Source of the DNA: Acidobacteriota bacterium
GTDB taxonomy: Bacteria; Acidobacteriota; Terriglobia; Bryobacterales; UBA6623
Length of the DNA: 64,000 nt
Assembly (NCBI GenBank): GCA_027592785.1
Contig: JAQCLD010000009.1
Span: 49-64,048 of the forward strand
Reading direction: 5' to 3'
Part shown: one piece after another, positions 12,111-20,498 of the stretch
How the letters are laid out: the number at the start of each line of letters is the position of its first letter
How positions within the stretch are numbered: position 1 is the stretch's first letter
Position numbers and translations under genes: made by a program
The notes under the pieces: model-generated
Database searches by the model: none
Told to the model about the DNA's origin: nothing
Seen by the model: the letters and a program-made list of their open reading frames with translations, nothing else

Positions 12111-13625
12111 ATGACTCGCCGCGAACTACTCGCCCTGCTGGCTGCCGGCGCCGCCAACGCCGCGGTCTCCGATCTTGACGAAGTGTCGCTAGCCGATTTG
12201 CGCTCCGGCGCGCTGACGGCCGTGCAAGCGACAGAGTTCTACCTCGAGCGCATCGCCGCGATCGATGAACAGGTCAACTCAATCATCGAGATCAATCCCG
12301 ATGCCTTGGCCATTGCCGCGCAGCTCGACCAGGGCGGCAGGCGCGGCCTGCTGCATGGCATTCCGATCCTGATCAAAGACAACATCGACACCGGCGACCG
12401 CATGCAGACGACCGCCGGATCTTTGGCGCTGTCCGGTTCCATCGCTCCGCGCGACTCGGGCGTGGCCCAGCGTTTGCGCGCCTCTGGCGCAGTCATTCTG
12501 GGCAAGACAAATCTCAGCGAATGGGCCAACTTCCGCAGCACCGAATCCACCAGCGGATGGAGCGCACGCGGCGGCTTGACGCACAACCCTTACGCCCTCG
12601 ATCGCAACACCTGCGGTTCCAGTTCCGGTTCTGCTGCCGCGGCCGCGCCCAGCCTCTGCGCCGCCGCAGTCGGCACCGAGACGAATGGGTCGATCGTGTG
12701 TCCGGCCTCAATCAACGGAGTCGTCGGCATCAAGCCCACCGTCGGTCTGGTTTCGCAGTCGGGCATCATCCCGATCTCGCACACCCAAGACACTGCCGGC
12801 CCAATCGCACGGACGGTACTCGATGCGGCCCTGCTGTTGGACGCGCTCGCCGAACGCGAAACCAACTTCGCCGGCTCGTGCCGCCCCGGCGGCCTGCGCG
12901 GCTCGCGCATCGGCGTCTATCGGCCCATCGTGGACCGCCGCACGGACGTTGCCGCCCTCACGAAAGACGCCCTCGACGCACTACGCGGCGAAGGGGCCGA
13001 ACTGATCGACCTCGCCGGCGGCCTGCCGGACGGAGAAGAAGTGAGCAATGCCGGTAGTCAAGTGCTGCAGTATGAGTTCAAGGCCGGCCTGAACCGCTAC
13101 TTCAGTTCCTTGCCGGCCTCTGTCGCCGTGCGAACTCTCGCCGACCTCATCGCCTTCAACGAAGCCAACGCCGACCGCGAACTGGTTCACTTTGGACAAG
13201 AGCGCCTGCTGCGCGCGCAAGCGAAGGGCTCGCTCGACGAACCCGAATACCTCGCCGCCTTGGCTTTGACGAAGCGCATGAACCAAGCCGAAGGCATCGA
13301 CAAGATCATCGACGAACACCAACTCGACGCCATCCTCGCGCCGACGAATGGCCCCGCCTGGTTGACGGATCTGGCCAATGGAGACTCCGGCTCGGGCATC
13401 AGTTGCGCCAGCTACGCCGCGCGCGCCGGTTACCCTCACATCACCGTGCCCATGGGCTATATCGATGGCCTGCCGGTCGGCCTTTCTCTATTTGGGAAGG
13501 CTCTCACGGATAGCCGGCTCATCCAACTCGCCTACAACTTCGAGCAGGCAACGAAGGCGCGGCGGCCGCCGACTTACCTGGCAACCGTGGGCGGACTATC
13601 CGTCACCAAGCCGGGCCGCGTTTGA
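12111..13625 (+). CDS. amidase (amidase-signature family), exported
   Basis: 504 aa. Signal-like MTRRELLALLAAGAANAA. AS-family blocks GIPILIKDNIDT, CGSSSGSAAAAA, GTETNGSIVCPAS. Confidence 0.85.
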   Translation: MTRRELLALLAAGAANAAVSDLDEVSLADLRSGALTAVQATEFYLERIAAIDEQVNSIIEINPDALAIAAQLDQGGRRGLLHGIPILIKDNIDTGDRMQTTAGSLALSGSIAPRDSGVAQRLRASGAVILGKTNLSEWANFRSTESTSGWSARGGLTHNPYALDRNTCGSSSGSAAAAAPSLCAAAVGTETNGSIVCPASINGVVGIKPTVGLVSQSGIIPISHTQDTAGPIARTVLDAALLLDALAERETNFAGSCRPGGLRGSRIGVYRPIVDRRTDVAALTKDALDALRGEGAELIDLAGGLPDGEEVSNAGSQVLQYEFKAGLNRYFSSLPASVAVRTLADLIAFNEANADRELVHFGQERLLRAQAKGSLDEPEYLAALALTKRMNQAEGIDKIIDEHQLDAILAPTNGPAWLTDLANGDSGSGISCASYAARAGYPHITVPMGYIDGLPVGLSLFGKALTDSRLIQLAYNFEQATKARRPPTYLATVGGLSVTKPGRV

Positions 13626-13669
13626 GCCCTCCCTGCGTTACAATCCGCTTGTTGAAGGAGTCCCCGCAA

Positions 13670-15076
13670 ATGAGAACGTCTTACTTTCTGGCAGCAGTGT
13701 TGCTGGCCGCGTCTTCGTTATTGGCGCAAGAGACGGACGACCCTTATCCGCAACCGATCCCCACCGCTGACGGCGTCATCGTGGCACGAGTCGCTGAATT
13801 CGCCTCGTTGCCCGACATCGACGGCGTCGCCGCGCGCATCATGCTCTTGAACTGGGAGCCGGGCACGCAGCGCTTCTTCGCCAACGACATGCGCGGCCCG
13901 CTCTACTCCATCAGCCGCGACGGCAAACAAGTCGCCGTCTACCTCGACGTCAACGACCCCAAGTGGGGCCAGCCGGTCGACTCGCGCCGCGGCGAACAAG
14001 GCGTACAGAGTTTCGCCTTCCATCCGCAGTTCACTGAGTCCGGCGCGCCCGGCTACGGCAAATTCTACACCTGGGGCGACTCCTCCAACACCACGCCCAC
14101 CGCCGACTTCACCCCCGGACAAGGCGAAGTCAGCCACCACAGCGTCTTGTTGGAGTGGACTGTCAAGAATCCCAGCGCCGCGACTTACGACGGCGACGCC
14201 CCGCGCGAGTTGATCCGCTTCCAGCAGCCCTTCCGCAACCACAATTGCGGACACCTCACCTTCAACCCGCTGGCGGGCCCCGGCAACGTCGACTTCGGTC
14301 TGCTCTACATGGGCATCGCCGACGGCGGCAGCGGCGGAGATCCGTTCAATATGGCGCAGAATATCAAGATCGGCTTCGGCAAGATTTTCCGCGTCGACCC
14401 GCTGGGCAACAACAGCGCTAACGGCAAGTACGGCATTCCCGCCGACAATCCCTTCGTTGGCCGCGACGACGTGTTGCCCGAGATCTACGCCTACGGCGCG
14501 CGCAACCCGCAGCGCTTCGCCTGGGATTCGGCGAACGGCAAGATGTACATGGCCGAGATCGGTCAGAACATCGTCGAAGAAATCAGCGAGGTCCCGAAAG
14601 GCGCGAACCTCGGCTGGAACACCTGGGAAGGCAGCTTCCGGTTCATCAGCCGCTCCGCCGTCAACACGCAGGGCCCGCGCAGCGATCCGTCCGTCACTTA
14701 TCCCGTTGTCGAGTGGGGACAGCCCGACGGCTTGTTCCAACCGCAGTCCGCGGCCACCGGTCTTGTCGTCTATCGCGGCGACCGCATCCCGCAACTCAAG
14801 GGACGCATCCTGTTTGGCGACATCCCCAGCGGCGAAATCTTCCACGTCTCCGCCGACAACCCGCCCAACGGCGGACAGGACGCCATCCGCCGCATCCTGC
14901 TCACCGACGGCAACGAGCCGACCACGCTATTGAAGATGATCCAAGCGAAGAATGCCGCCCAAGGAAATGAAGCCGCCACGCGCGCCGACATGCGCCTCAA
15001 CAGCGGCCCCGACGGACGCCTCTTCATCATCAACAAACGCGACGGCGTCATCCGCGAGATCGTGCCGAATCCGTAA
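13670..15076 (+). CDS. PQQ-dependent sugar (glucose/sorbosone) dehydrogenase-like beta-propeller, exported
   Basis: Start set at ATG 13670, preceded by GAAGGAG. Signal peptide MRTSYFLAAVLLAASSLLAQ. Family-like block YAYGARNPQRFAWD...GANLGWNTWEGS. Confidence 0.75.
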   Translation: MRTSYFLAAVLLAASSLLAQETDDPYPQPIPTADGVIVARVAEFASLPDIDGVAARIMLLNWEPGTQRFFANDMRGPLYSISRDGKQVAVYLDVNDPKWGQPVDSRRGEQGVQSFAFHPQFTESGAPGYGKFYTWGDSSNTTPTADFTPGQGEVSHHSVLLEWTVKNPSAATYDGDAPRELIRFQQPFRNHNCGHLTFNPLAGPGNVDFGLLYMGIADGGSGGDPFNMAQNIKIGFGKIFRVDPLGNNSANGKYGIPADNPFVGRDDVLPEIYAYGARNPQRFAWDSANGKMYMAEIGQNIVEEISEVPKGANLGWNTWEGSFRFISRSAVNTQGPRSDPSVTYPVVEWGQPDGLFQPQSAATGLVVYRGDRIPQLKGRILFGDIPSGEIFHVSADNPPNGGQDAIRRILLTDGNEPTTLLKMIQAKNAAQGNEAATRADMRLNSGPDGRLFIINKRDGVIREIVPNP

Positions 15077-15385
15077 AGCGAGAAAAGCCCTTCCGATCGG
15101 CGGCTCATTGAGTAGCCCCTGTCGGCGGGTACTTCCATGAGGTTGATGCGGCAACATTATTGCCCAACAGAGGGCTAACAGCTGGACGATTGGAGCTGCG
15201 GACGAGGGAGGTTGAGTTCCCCAATCCTTGGGCAGCGAGGACCTCCGAATCGCCTAGGTTTACCTGGGCGGCCTGGGCGGCCTTGTAACCGGGCCCTGGG
15301 TCCGCTATGCTACAGCTTCCGGGGCGACCTTTGCGGGCGCCCCGGCCGTAACGCTCTGGGCACCCGGTGCTCTCTGCGCCAGCCC

Positions 15386-16972
15386 ATGAATATTCTTCTT
15401 TATAACCCCGACAACGGCGTCTCACGCAACTTCATGCCTCACCTCTGGATGTTTCTACTCCAGCGGTTGACCCCTCCCGGGCACAAGGTATTTCTCATCG
15501 ACGGCAACGCCCGGCCGCTATCCGAGGCCGAGCTCTGCGACTACATCCGCGAGAACGACATTGGCCTCGTCGGCATCGGTGCGATGACGCGCATGATCGC
15601 CCGCGCCTACGAGTTCGCCGCGGCCATCCGCGCCATCGGAGTGCCCGTCGTGATGGGTGGCCCACACGTCACCGAGGTCCCCGATGAGCCGCTGGGCAAA
15701 GACGGCGGCCCACGCTACGCCGACGCTATCGCCGTCGGAGAAGCCGACAACACCTGGCCGCAAATCGTGGAAGACGCCGCCAACGGTTGTCTCAAAGAGG
15801 TGTACGAGCCCGTGAACAGCGAGGGCGTCGAGGTCAAGCCGAGTCTGGAAGACTACCCCGAAATTGGTTGGACCGAACTCGACCTCGACCAATTCAATCT
15901 CGTCCCCAAGATGCTGCGCTCGCAGTTCAGCAAGATCGGCAACGGCTGGGGCTCCTTCCGCGTAATTCCCATCGAGTCCGGACGGGGCTGTCCCTACGGC
16001 TGCGAATTCTGCACCGTCACCGGTTTCTTTGGAGACTCGCTGCGTTTTCGTACCGACGAAAGCGTCGTCAACGAGATGCTGCGTCTCAAGCAGCGCGCAC
16101 GCGAAGAACGCGGCGAACTGGCCATCTTCTTTGTCGACGACAATTTCGCCATTAACCGCAAGCGAACGAAATCCTTGCTGCGCGCCATCATCGCCTCCAA
16201 CGTACGCATCCCCTGGGTGGCTCAAATCAGCGCCAATCTGCTCGAAGACAAAGAGTTGGTTGACCTGATCGAAGAAGCCTGCGGCAAGTGGATCTTCATC
16301 GGCATGGAGTCGATCGACGACGCCAACCTCAAAGACGTCAACAAAGGCTTCAACAAGCCAGAGACTTATCAGGGCGTACTTGAGAGTTTGGCGGAGCGAA
16401 ACATCTACGCCATCACGTCGTTCATTTTCGGCATGGACAACGACACGACCGGCGTTGCCGAGCGGACGCTGGCGAAGATCCATTCCTGGCCTCCGGGGCT
16501 GCCGGTATTTGGGCAATTGACGCCGTTTCCCGCGACGCCGCTCTACGACCGTCTGCTGGCCGCTGGCCGCTTGATCCGGCCAAAACATTGGCTCGACTTC
16601 GCCCCATTCGTGATGTGCCACACGCCGCTCAAGATGACGGTAGATGAGGCCCGCGACGAGATTCGCGAAGCCTGGACGAACTCTTATAGCTCGGCAAGAA
16701 ACCGCGCGGCGATGGAGTGGTTGAAGGACAAACCTGTCCCTGATCGCGTCATGCACCTACTGGCGCGCATGGCCTTCCGCGGGATCTACTTCCCGGCGGG
16801 CAGCAACTTCGGATGGTTCCGCGTTGTCGCCCAACATTGGCGCTTGGCCTGGGACCTGGTGCGCGAAATTCGCAACCGACCGGATACGCCGCCAGCCGAA
16901 ACCGTTCCTGCGACGACCAGCGTGTTGTCGACGCAGCCGACTCGCGAACCAAGCGGCACGTCGGGGGATTGA
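15386..16972 (+). CDS. B12-binding domain radical SAM protein (DUF4070-type C-terminus)
   Basis: Start set at ATG 15386 (MNILLYNPDNG..., a typical B12-binding N-terminus). Radical SAM cluster motif GRGCPYGCEFC (Cx3Cx2C). Substrate unknown. Confidence 0.85.
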   Translation: MNILLYNPDNGVSRNFMPHLWMFLLQRLTPPGHKVFLIDGNARPLSEAELCDYIRENDIGLVGIGAMTRMIARAYEFAAAIRAIGVPVVMGGPHVTEVPDEPLGKDGGPRYADAIAVGEADNTWPQIVEDAANGCLKEVYEPVNSEGVEVKPSLEDYPEIGWTELDLDQFNLVPKMLRSQFSKIGNGWGSFRVIPIESGRGCPYGCEFCTVTGFFGDSLRFRTDESVVNEMLRLKQRAREERGELAIFFVDDNFAINRKRTKSLLRAIIASNVRIPWVAQISANLLEDKELVDLIEEACGKWIFIGMESIDDANLKDVNKGFNKPETYQGVLESLAERNIYAITSFIFGMDNDTTGVAERTLAKIHSWPPGLPVFGQLTPFPATPLYDRLLAAGRLIRPKHWLDFAPFVMCHTPLKMTVDEARDEIREAWTNSYSSARNRAAMEWLKDKPVPDRVMHLLARMAFRGIYFPAGSNFGWFRVVAQHWRLAWDLVREIRNRPDTPPAETVPATTSVLSTQPTREPSGTSGD

Positions 16973-17040
16973 TCCGCGAAACTGCGCCGAGTCCTTGAGC
17001 GCGCATAACGGGAGCTACTCGATTGCCGTAGCATGTCGGT

Positions 17041-17499
17041 GTGGGCCGCTTAGCTGTAATGATCCTGGGCGTCGCCGTGCTGCTGACGGGGTGCGCGCAG
17101 ACGCATGTGGGAATTCCGGTAGCAGCGGTAGAGCCAGGACGAAGTAAGTTCGACGCTCACTGCGCAGGATGCCATGTGATCGATGCGGTCACATCTGGCT
17201 ATGCTCCGACGCTGGAGGGGGCTAGCTGGGTGACTGGGCCGGAAGGCCTGATCATTAGGATCGTGCTACATGGCGTCGGAGGCCCGATCGAGGTCGCCGG
17301 TCAGACTCACGACCTAAGCATGCCGGGTTTCGAGTCGATCTTGACGGACGCCGAGATTGCCGCCGTTGTGTCCTATGTACGCAGCCGGTTCGGCGGCATT
17401 AGTACACCCGTTTCGGCGGCAACCGTGCGCCAGATCCGCGAGGCGAATCAAGGCCGGCGTGAGTACTGGACAGCGGCCGAATTGCTCGCTTTGGACTGA
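17041..17499 (+). CDS. mono-heme class I c-type cytochrome, lipoprotein signal
   Basis: 152 aa. MGRLAVMILGVAVLLTGC lipobox-like signal. CAGCH heme motif. LIIRIVLHGVGGPIEV...MPGF...LTDAEIAAVVSYVRSRFG block, with the Met as a likely axial ligand. Confidence 0.75.
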   Translation: MGRLAVMILGVAVLLTGCAQTHVGIPVAAVEPGRSKFDAHCAGCHVIDAVTSGYAPTLEGASWVTGPEGLIIRIVLHGVGGPIEVAGQTHDLSMPGFESILTDAEIAAVVSYVRSRFGGISTPVSAATVRQIREANQGRREYWTAAELLALD

Positions 17500-17503
17500 G
17501 GCG

Positions 17504-18607
17504 CTACGGCTTGCGCCCGACGCCGAACTCACTACCCATCTCTACTACCTTGCCGTCGCGGAAATGAACTTCGAAGAATTTCGAACCGCTGACGAGTTCG
17601 CCGTTTTCGTCCTTCAAGGTTGTGACAATTTTCTTGGTTCTGGCATCGAACACTTCAGGAGCGTGGGAGTAGGCGTATTGGCCATCCAGACTAAACGTCA
17701 CCCATCCATGGCCCTTGATCGATAGGCCTTTCACCTCGGCTTTCGGCGTAGGCGGCATCGTGGTGTTGTCGTAGACAAATAACGTCTGGCCTTGTTGGTC
17801 GCTGATCCACAACTCTGTTTCATCAGGGGTGAGCCCGGCTCCATGAGTCCGGTGGGGAATTTTCTCCTTGCCGGCATAGATACGAGTTACGACTTTGCCC
17901 GTCTCGAGATCCAACATATCGAAGCCCACATTGTTGCCAAGGCAGATGTAGGCGTAGCGGTTCTTGCTATCCACCGTGAAAGGGAAGATGGCTCGCTCGC
18001 CAACGTCTTTGAACTGGCGGACGACTTTTTCGTCCTTGGTGTCGTAGACCGTGAAGGTTGTTTGGCTGCCCAGAAACACGAATTGTCCATCTAGGCTCAC
18101 GAGAGAGTTGTGAGCCGCGGGGCCTACTTTGACGCGCTTAATCACATCCCCGTTGGCCGCGTTGGCAACAATCATGCCGCCGTCTTCGCCTAGGTACCAG
18201 AAGCCTGTCGGCATATATATCTTCTTGCCGTCGGGAGTCACCGAAGATCGGTCAGCGCCAGCTTCAAATACCTTGTCCCAAATCATCTTTTCCGATTCCA
18301 GATCAAAAGACCCAACTCGGCGGCTTGTGAGCGAGAAGTAGCCGCTGTGTGTCTTCAGGTTGGGGGTGAACCCGCGAAGGCCTTCTTTGAATTCGGGTAT
18401 CGGAATGCGCCGGACGAACTTGTGCCCGTCATCAATGTCGAAAACCAGAATACCGGGCGCGCCCGATTTATAGATGCCTTGCGCCGCGTCGGGCGTACTC
18501 ATGTAGAGAAATCGTTTGGTTTGGCCGGGTGTCCCTTTGGGCGCCTGGGCCGCTGCGATCATGGCGAAGGCAAGGCAGAGGGCTGCGAAACCTGTCGGCG
18601 TCTTCAT
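17504..18607 (-). CDS. exported beta-propeller protein (YncE/lactonase-like), function unknown
   Basis: Start set at ATG 18607 (MKTPTGFAALCLAFAMIAAAQA signal peptide). Repetitive blade-like segments (DGKKIYMP, DGQFVFLG, NRYAYI, ETELWISD, DGQYAYS). Confidence 0.65.
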   Translation of the reverse strand: MKTPTGFAALCLAFAMIAAAQAPKGTPGQTKRFLYMSTPDAAQGIYKSGAPGILVFDIDDGHKFVRRIPIPEFKEGLRGFTPNLKTHSGYFSLTSRRVGSFDLESEKMIWDKVFEAGADRSSVTPDGKKIYMPTGFWYLGEDGGMIVANAANGDVIKRVKVGPAAHNSLVSLDGQFVFLGSQTTFTVYDTKDEKVVRQFKDVGERAIFPFTVDSKNRYAYICLGNNVGFDMLDLETGKVVTRIYAGKEKIPHRTHGAGLTPDETELWISDQQGQTLFVYDNTTMPPTPKAEVKGLSIKGHGWVTFSLDGQYAYSHAPEVFDARTKKIVTTLKDENGELVSGSKFFEVHFRDGKVVEMGSEFGVGRKP

Positions 18608-18677
18608 GGGCCGGATGCTACTCTTCGGATGCGCAATTGTCAAATTTCTGAAGAACGGCCCGCTCCTTGGACTAAGA

Positions 18678-19262
18678 CTATCCTGCCGAAAGGGCTTTTT
18701 TAAGCAACCGCCCGATCTCCGCACTCAGCGGCAATTTCAGCGCCGCCTCGTGCCCGCGTTCGGACATCTTGGCCCACGTGCGCTGCAAGATGCGGATCAG
18801 TTTTTCTTCGTCGTGCTGGGCGGCGAAATCGGCGAAATACGATTCCAAGAAAACCAAGCAAATAGCGTCCTCAAGGACTTGGCACTCGGGGTCGGTCTTG
18901 AGGTTTTTCTTTTTGAGCAGTGACTGCACTCGCCCGATCGCTTCGTCGCCGTATCCGGCGTCGCGCATGATCTCGCCTGTCGTCTGGGCATGCATCGTGG
19001 CCAGGTCTGTGCGCCAACGCTTATAGCCAGCACGGTCCATTGGGTAGTCTGTGCGCGGAATGCGCCAACGGGCGACATGCTGCGCCCGCGCCGCCAGCCG
19101 CAATGCTTCCGAGGCTGCGGGCTCAAGGGCTTCGAGCCTACGAGTCATGCGTTGTGAATAGGCCGCCTCATACGGTTGGCCCGCTTCGTAGGGGTCTTGG
19201 CGCGGATCCTGTGCGTTCAGCGCGTCGATCGCTGCGATCGCCCGCTCGAAGGCGTCGCTCAT
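18678..19262 (-). CDS. DUF4202 domain protein
   Basis: Blocks EALRLAARAQHVARWRIPRTDYPMDRAGYKRWR and FLESYFADFAAQHDEEKLIRILQRTWAKMSERGHEAALKL match my recollection of DUF4202. ATG 19262 forms an ATGA overlap with the upstream gene's stop. An alternative ATG lies at 19277. Confidence 0.7.
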   Translation of the reverse strand: MSDAFERAIAAIDALNAQDPRQDPYEAGQPYEAAYSQRMTRRLEALEPAASEALRLAARAQHVARWRIPRTDYPMDRAGYKRWRTDLATMHAQTTGEIMRDAGYGDEAIGRVQSLLKKKNLKTDPECQVLEDAICLVFLESYFADFAAQHDEEKLIRILQRTWAKMSERGHEAALKLPLSAEIGRLLKKALSAG

Positions 19263-20224
19263 GCGCCGTTTAGCCATTGATCAATGGCCGGGAAAACGAC
19301 GGCTTGAATGTCGGGATCATCGACGTTCTCGCGTGTCACCAAATACGAGCCAGAATCGAGCTCGGCGAGAGGATCACGGCCGGCGAGATGATCGGCCATC
19401 GCCTTCATGCATTCGTAGCCCATGCGGAAGGGGTCTTGGACGACGATCGAATCCATTGTGCCGGCCTTGAGTTCAGCGATTAGTTCTTCAGAAGAGTCAA
19501 AGCCGACGATTTTGACTTGATCCGCGGCGCCGCGCTGCTTGACGGCGCGTACTGTGCCGTCGGTTGAGGATTCATTGTCGGCGAACAGTCCGGCGAGATC
19601 GGGGAAGGCCGTCATCAGGTTTTCAGACTCGGCCATGGCCTTGGCGCGGTCGGACTCGTTGTAGCGTAGGCCGACCATCTCGATATCCGGGAATTCTTTA
19701 AGCGCATCTTGGAAGCCGTCTTCGCGCTGCACGGTCGACGCGGAGCCGGGACGGAAGCCGATGATGCCGACTTTGCCCTTCCCACCTAGAATTTCGCCCA
19801 TGCGGCGCGCGGCCATCACTCCCGCCTGGTAGTTGTCGGTAGCCACATAGCTGATGATCTTGTCGGTGTTAATCGCGGAGTCAAATATCGCCACGGGAAT
19901 GCCCTGCGCTGCGGCTCGCTCCACGGGCAGGACGAGGGACTCATCGTCGACGGGCGCCAACAGAATGCCGTCGACCTGGCGCGAGATTAGATTTTCGACG
20001 ATAGCGATCTGGCGGCTGGAATCGATTTCCATTTGCGGCGCCTGCCACAAGATCTCGAGGTCAGCCTCGCTGGCGGCCTTGAGCGCTCCTGCATGGATCG
20101 TCTGCCAGAACAAGTGGCTAGCGCCCTTAGGCACGACGCCGATGATCTTGCGGCCGTCGGAACGATTGCAGGAAGCCAGAGCCGCTAGGGAAGCGGCGGC
20201 GAGAAAATGGCGGCGATTCAGCAT
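19259..20224 (-). CDS. periplasmic sugar-binding protein (type I PBP, RbsB-like), lipoprotein signal
   Basis: 321 aa. MLNRRHFLAAASLAALASC signal. PBP-like blocks IGVVPKG, GILLAPVD, IPVAIFDS, KIVGFD. No permease or ATPase gene is adjacent. Confidence 0.75.
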   Translation of the reverse strand: MLNRRHFLAAASLAALASCNRSDGRKIIGVVPKGASHLFWQTIHAGALKAASEADLEILWQAPQMEIDSSRQIAIVENLISRQVDGILLAPVDDESLVLPVERAAAQGIPVAIFDSAINTDKIISYVATDNYQAGVMAARRMGEILGGKGKVGIIGFRPGSASTVQREDGFQDALKEFPDIEMVGLRYNESDRAKAMAESENLMTAFPDLAGLFADNESSTDGTVRAVKQRGAADQVKIVGFDSSEELIAELKAGTMDSIVVQDPFRMGYECMKAMADHLAGRDPLAELDSGSYLVTRENVDDPDIQAVVFPAIDQWLNGA

Positions 20225-20264
20225 GACTCTCGACAGGATAACGCCTATGCGATGATGAGGCGCG

Positions 20265-20495
20265 ATGGGATATATCGAAGACTATAAGCCGCGTCCCGCG
20301 ACGATTCGTCAGGGAACCCGAGCCGTGGGCGCCGGCGCAGCGGCCGGAGCGCTATTCGGCGCCTTGATCGGGGCGGCGTCGGGCGCGATTGCCGGCGCTT
20401 TTCTGTGGTCGGCTACCACCGTCAGCAAAGAGGCGATTCGCCGCTACCGCGCACACCGGCGCGAGGAAGAAGAAGAGTACGACGAAGAGACGTAA
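20265..20495 (+). CDS. small hypothetical membrane protein with glycine-zipper segment
   Basis: 76-aa ATG ORF. GAGAAAGALFGALIGAASGAIAGAFLW hydrophobic Gly/Ala-rich helix followed by an acidic tail EEEEEYDEET. No homology recognised. Confidence 0.35.
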   Translation: MGYIEDYKPRPATIRQGTRAVGAGAAAGALFGALIGAASGAIAGAFLWSATTVSKEAIRRYRAHRREEEEEYDEET

Positions 20496-20498
20496 GGC

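Noticed and set aside
13718-14845. Long antisense ORFs opposite confidently assigned genes (13718-14845, 15518-16756, 33045-34436, 41604-42395, 56120-56938, 29295-30059 and many shorter ones).
   Set aside because: They lie opposite genes with clear family motifs. Their translations are Arg/Ala/Gly/Pro-rich low-complexity sequence, typical of shadow ORFs in GC-rich DNA, and none shows recognisable motifs or SD-linked starts.
15077-15385. 309-bp GC-rich leader upstream of the B12-binding radical SAM gene, considered as a cobalamin riboswitch. It contains a GGGA...AATCC-like stretch, a GGGGCG...CGCCCC hairpin and a CCTGGGCGG x2 direct repeat at 15263-15280.
   Set aside because: I could not find the conserved B12-box (GCCACTG-like) or the other core cobalamin-riboswitch elements by eye. 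The resemblance is weak. A covariance-model scan (Rfam RF00174 and related models) would settle it.
17504-18607. Apparent GC dip over the beta-propeller gene. Six 60-nt lines counted by hand gave 47-63% GC, mean about 51%.
   Set aside because: Hand counts in neighbouring genes ranged from 53 to 62% GC, so the contrast is modest and my sampling is too small. A sliding-window GC and codon-usage calculation is needed before calling this horizontal transfer.
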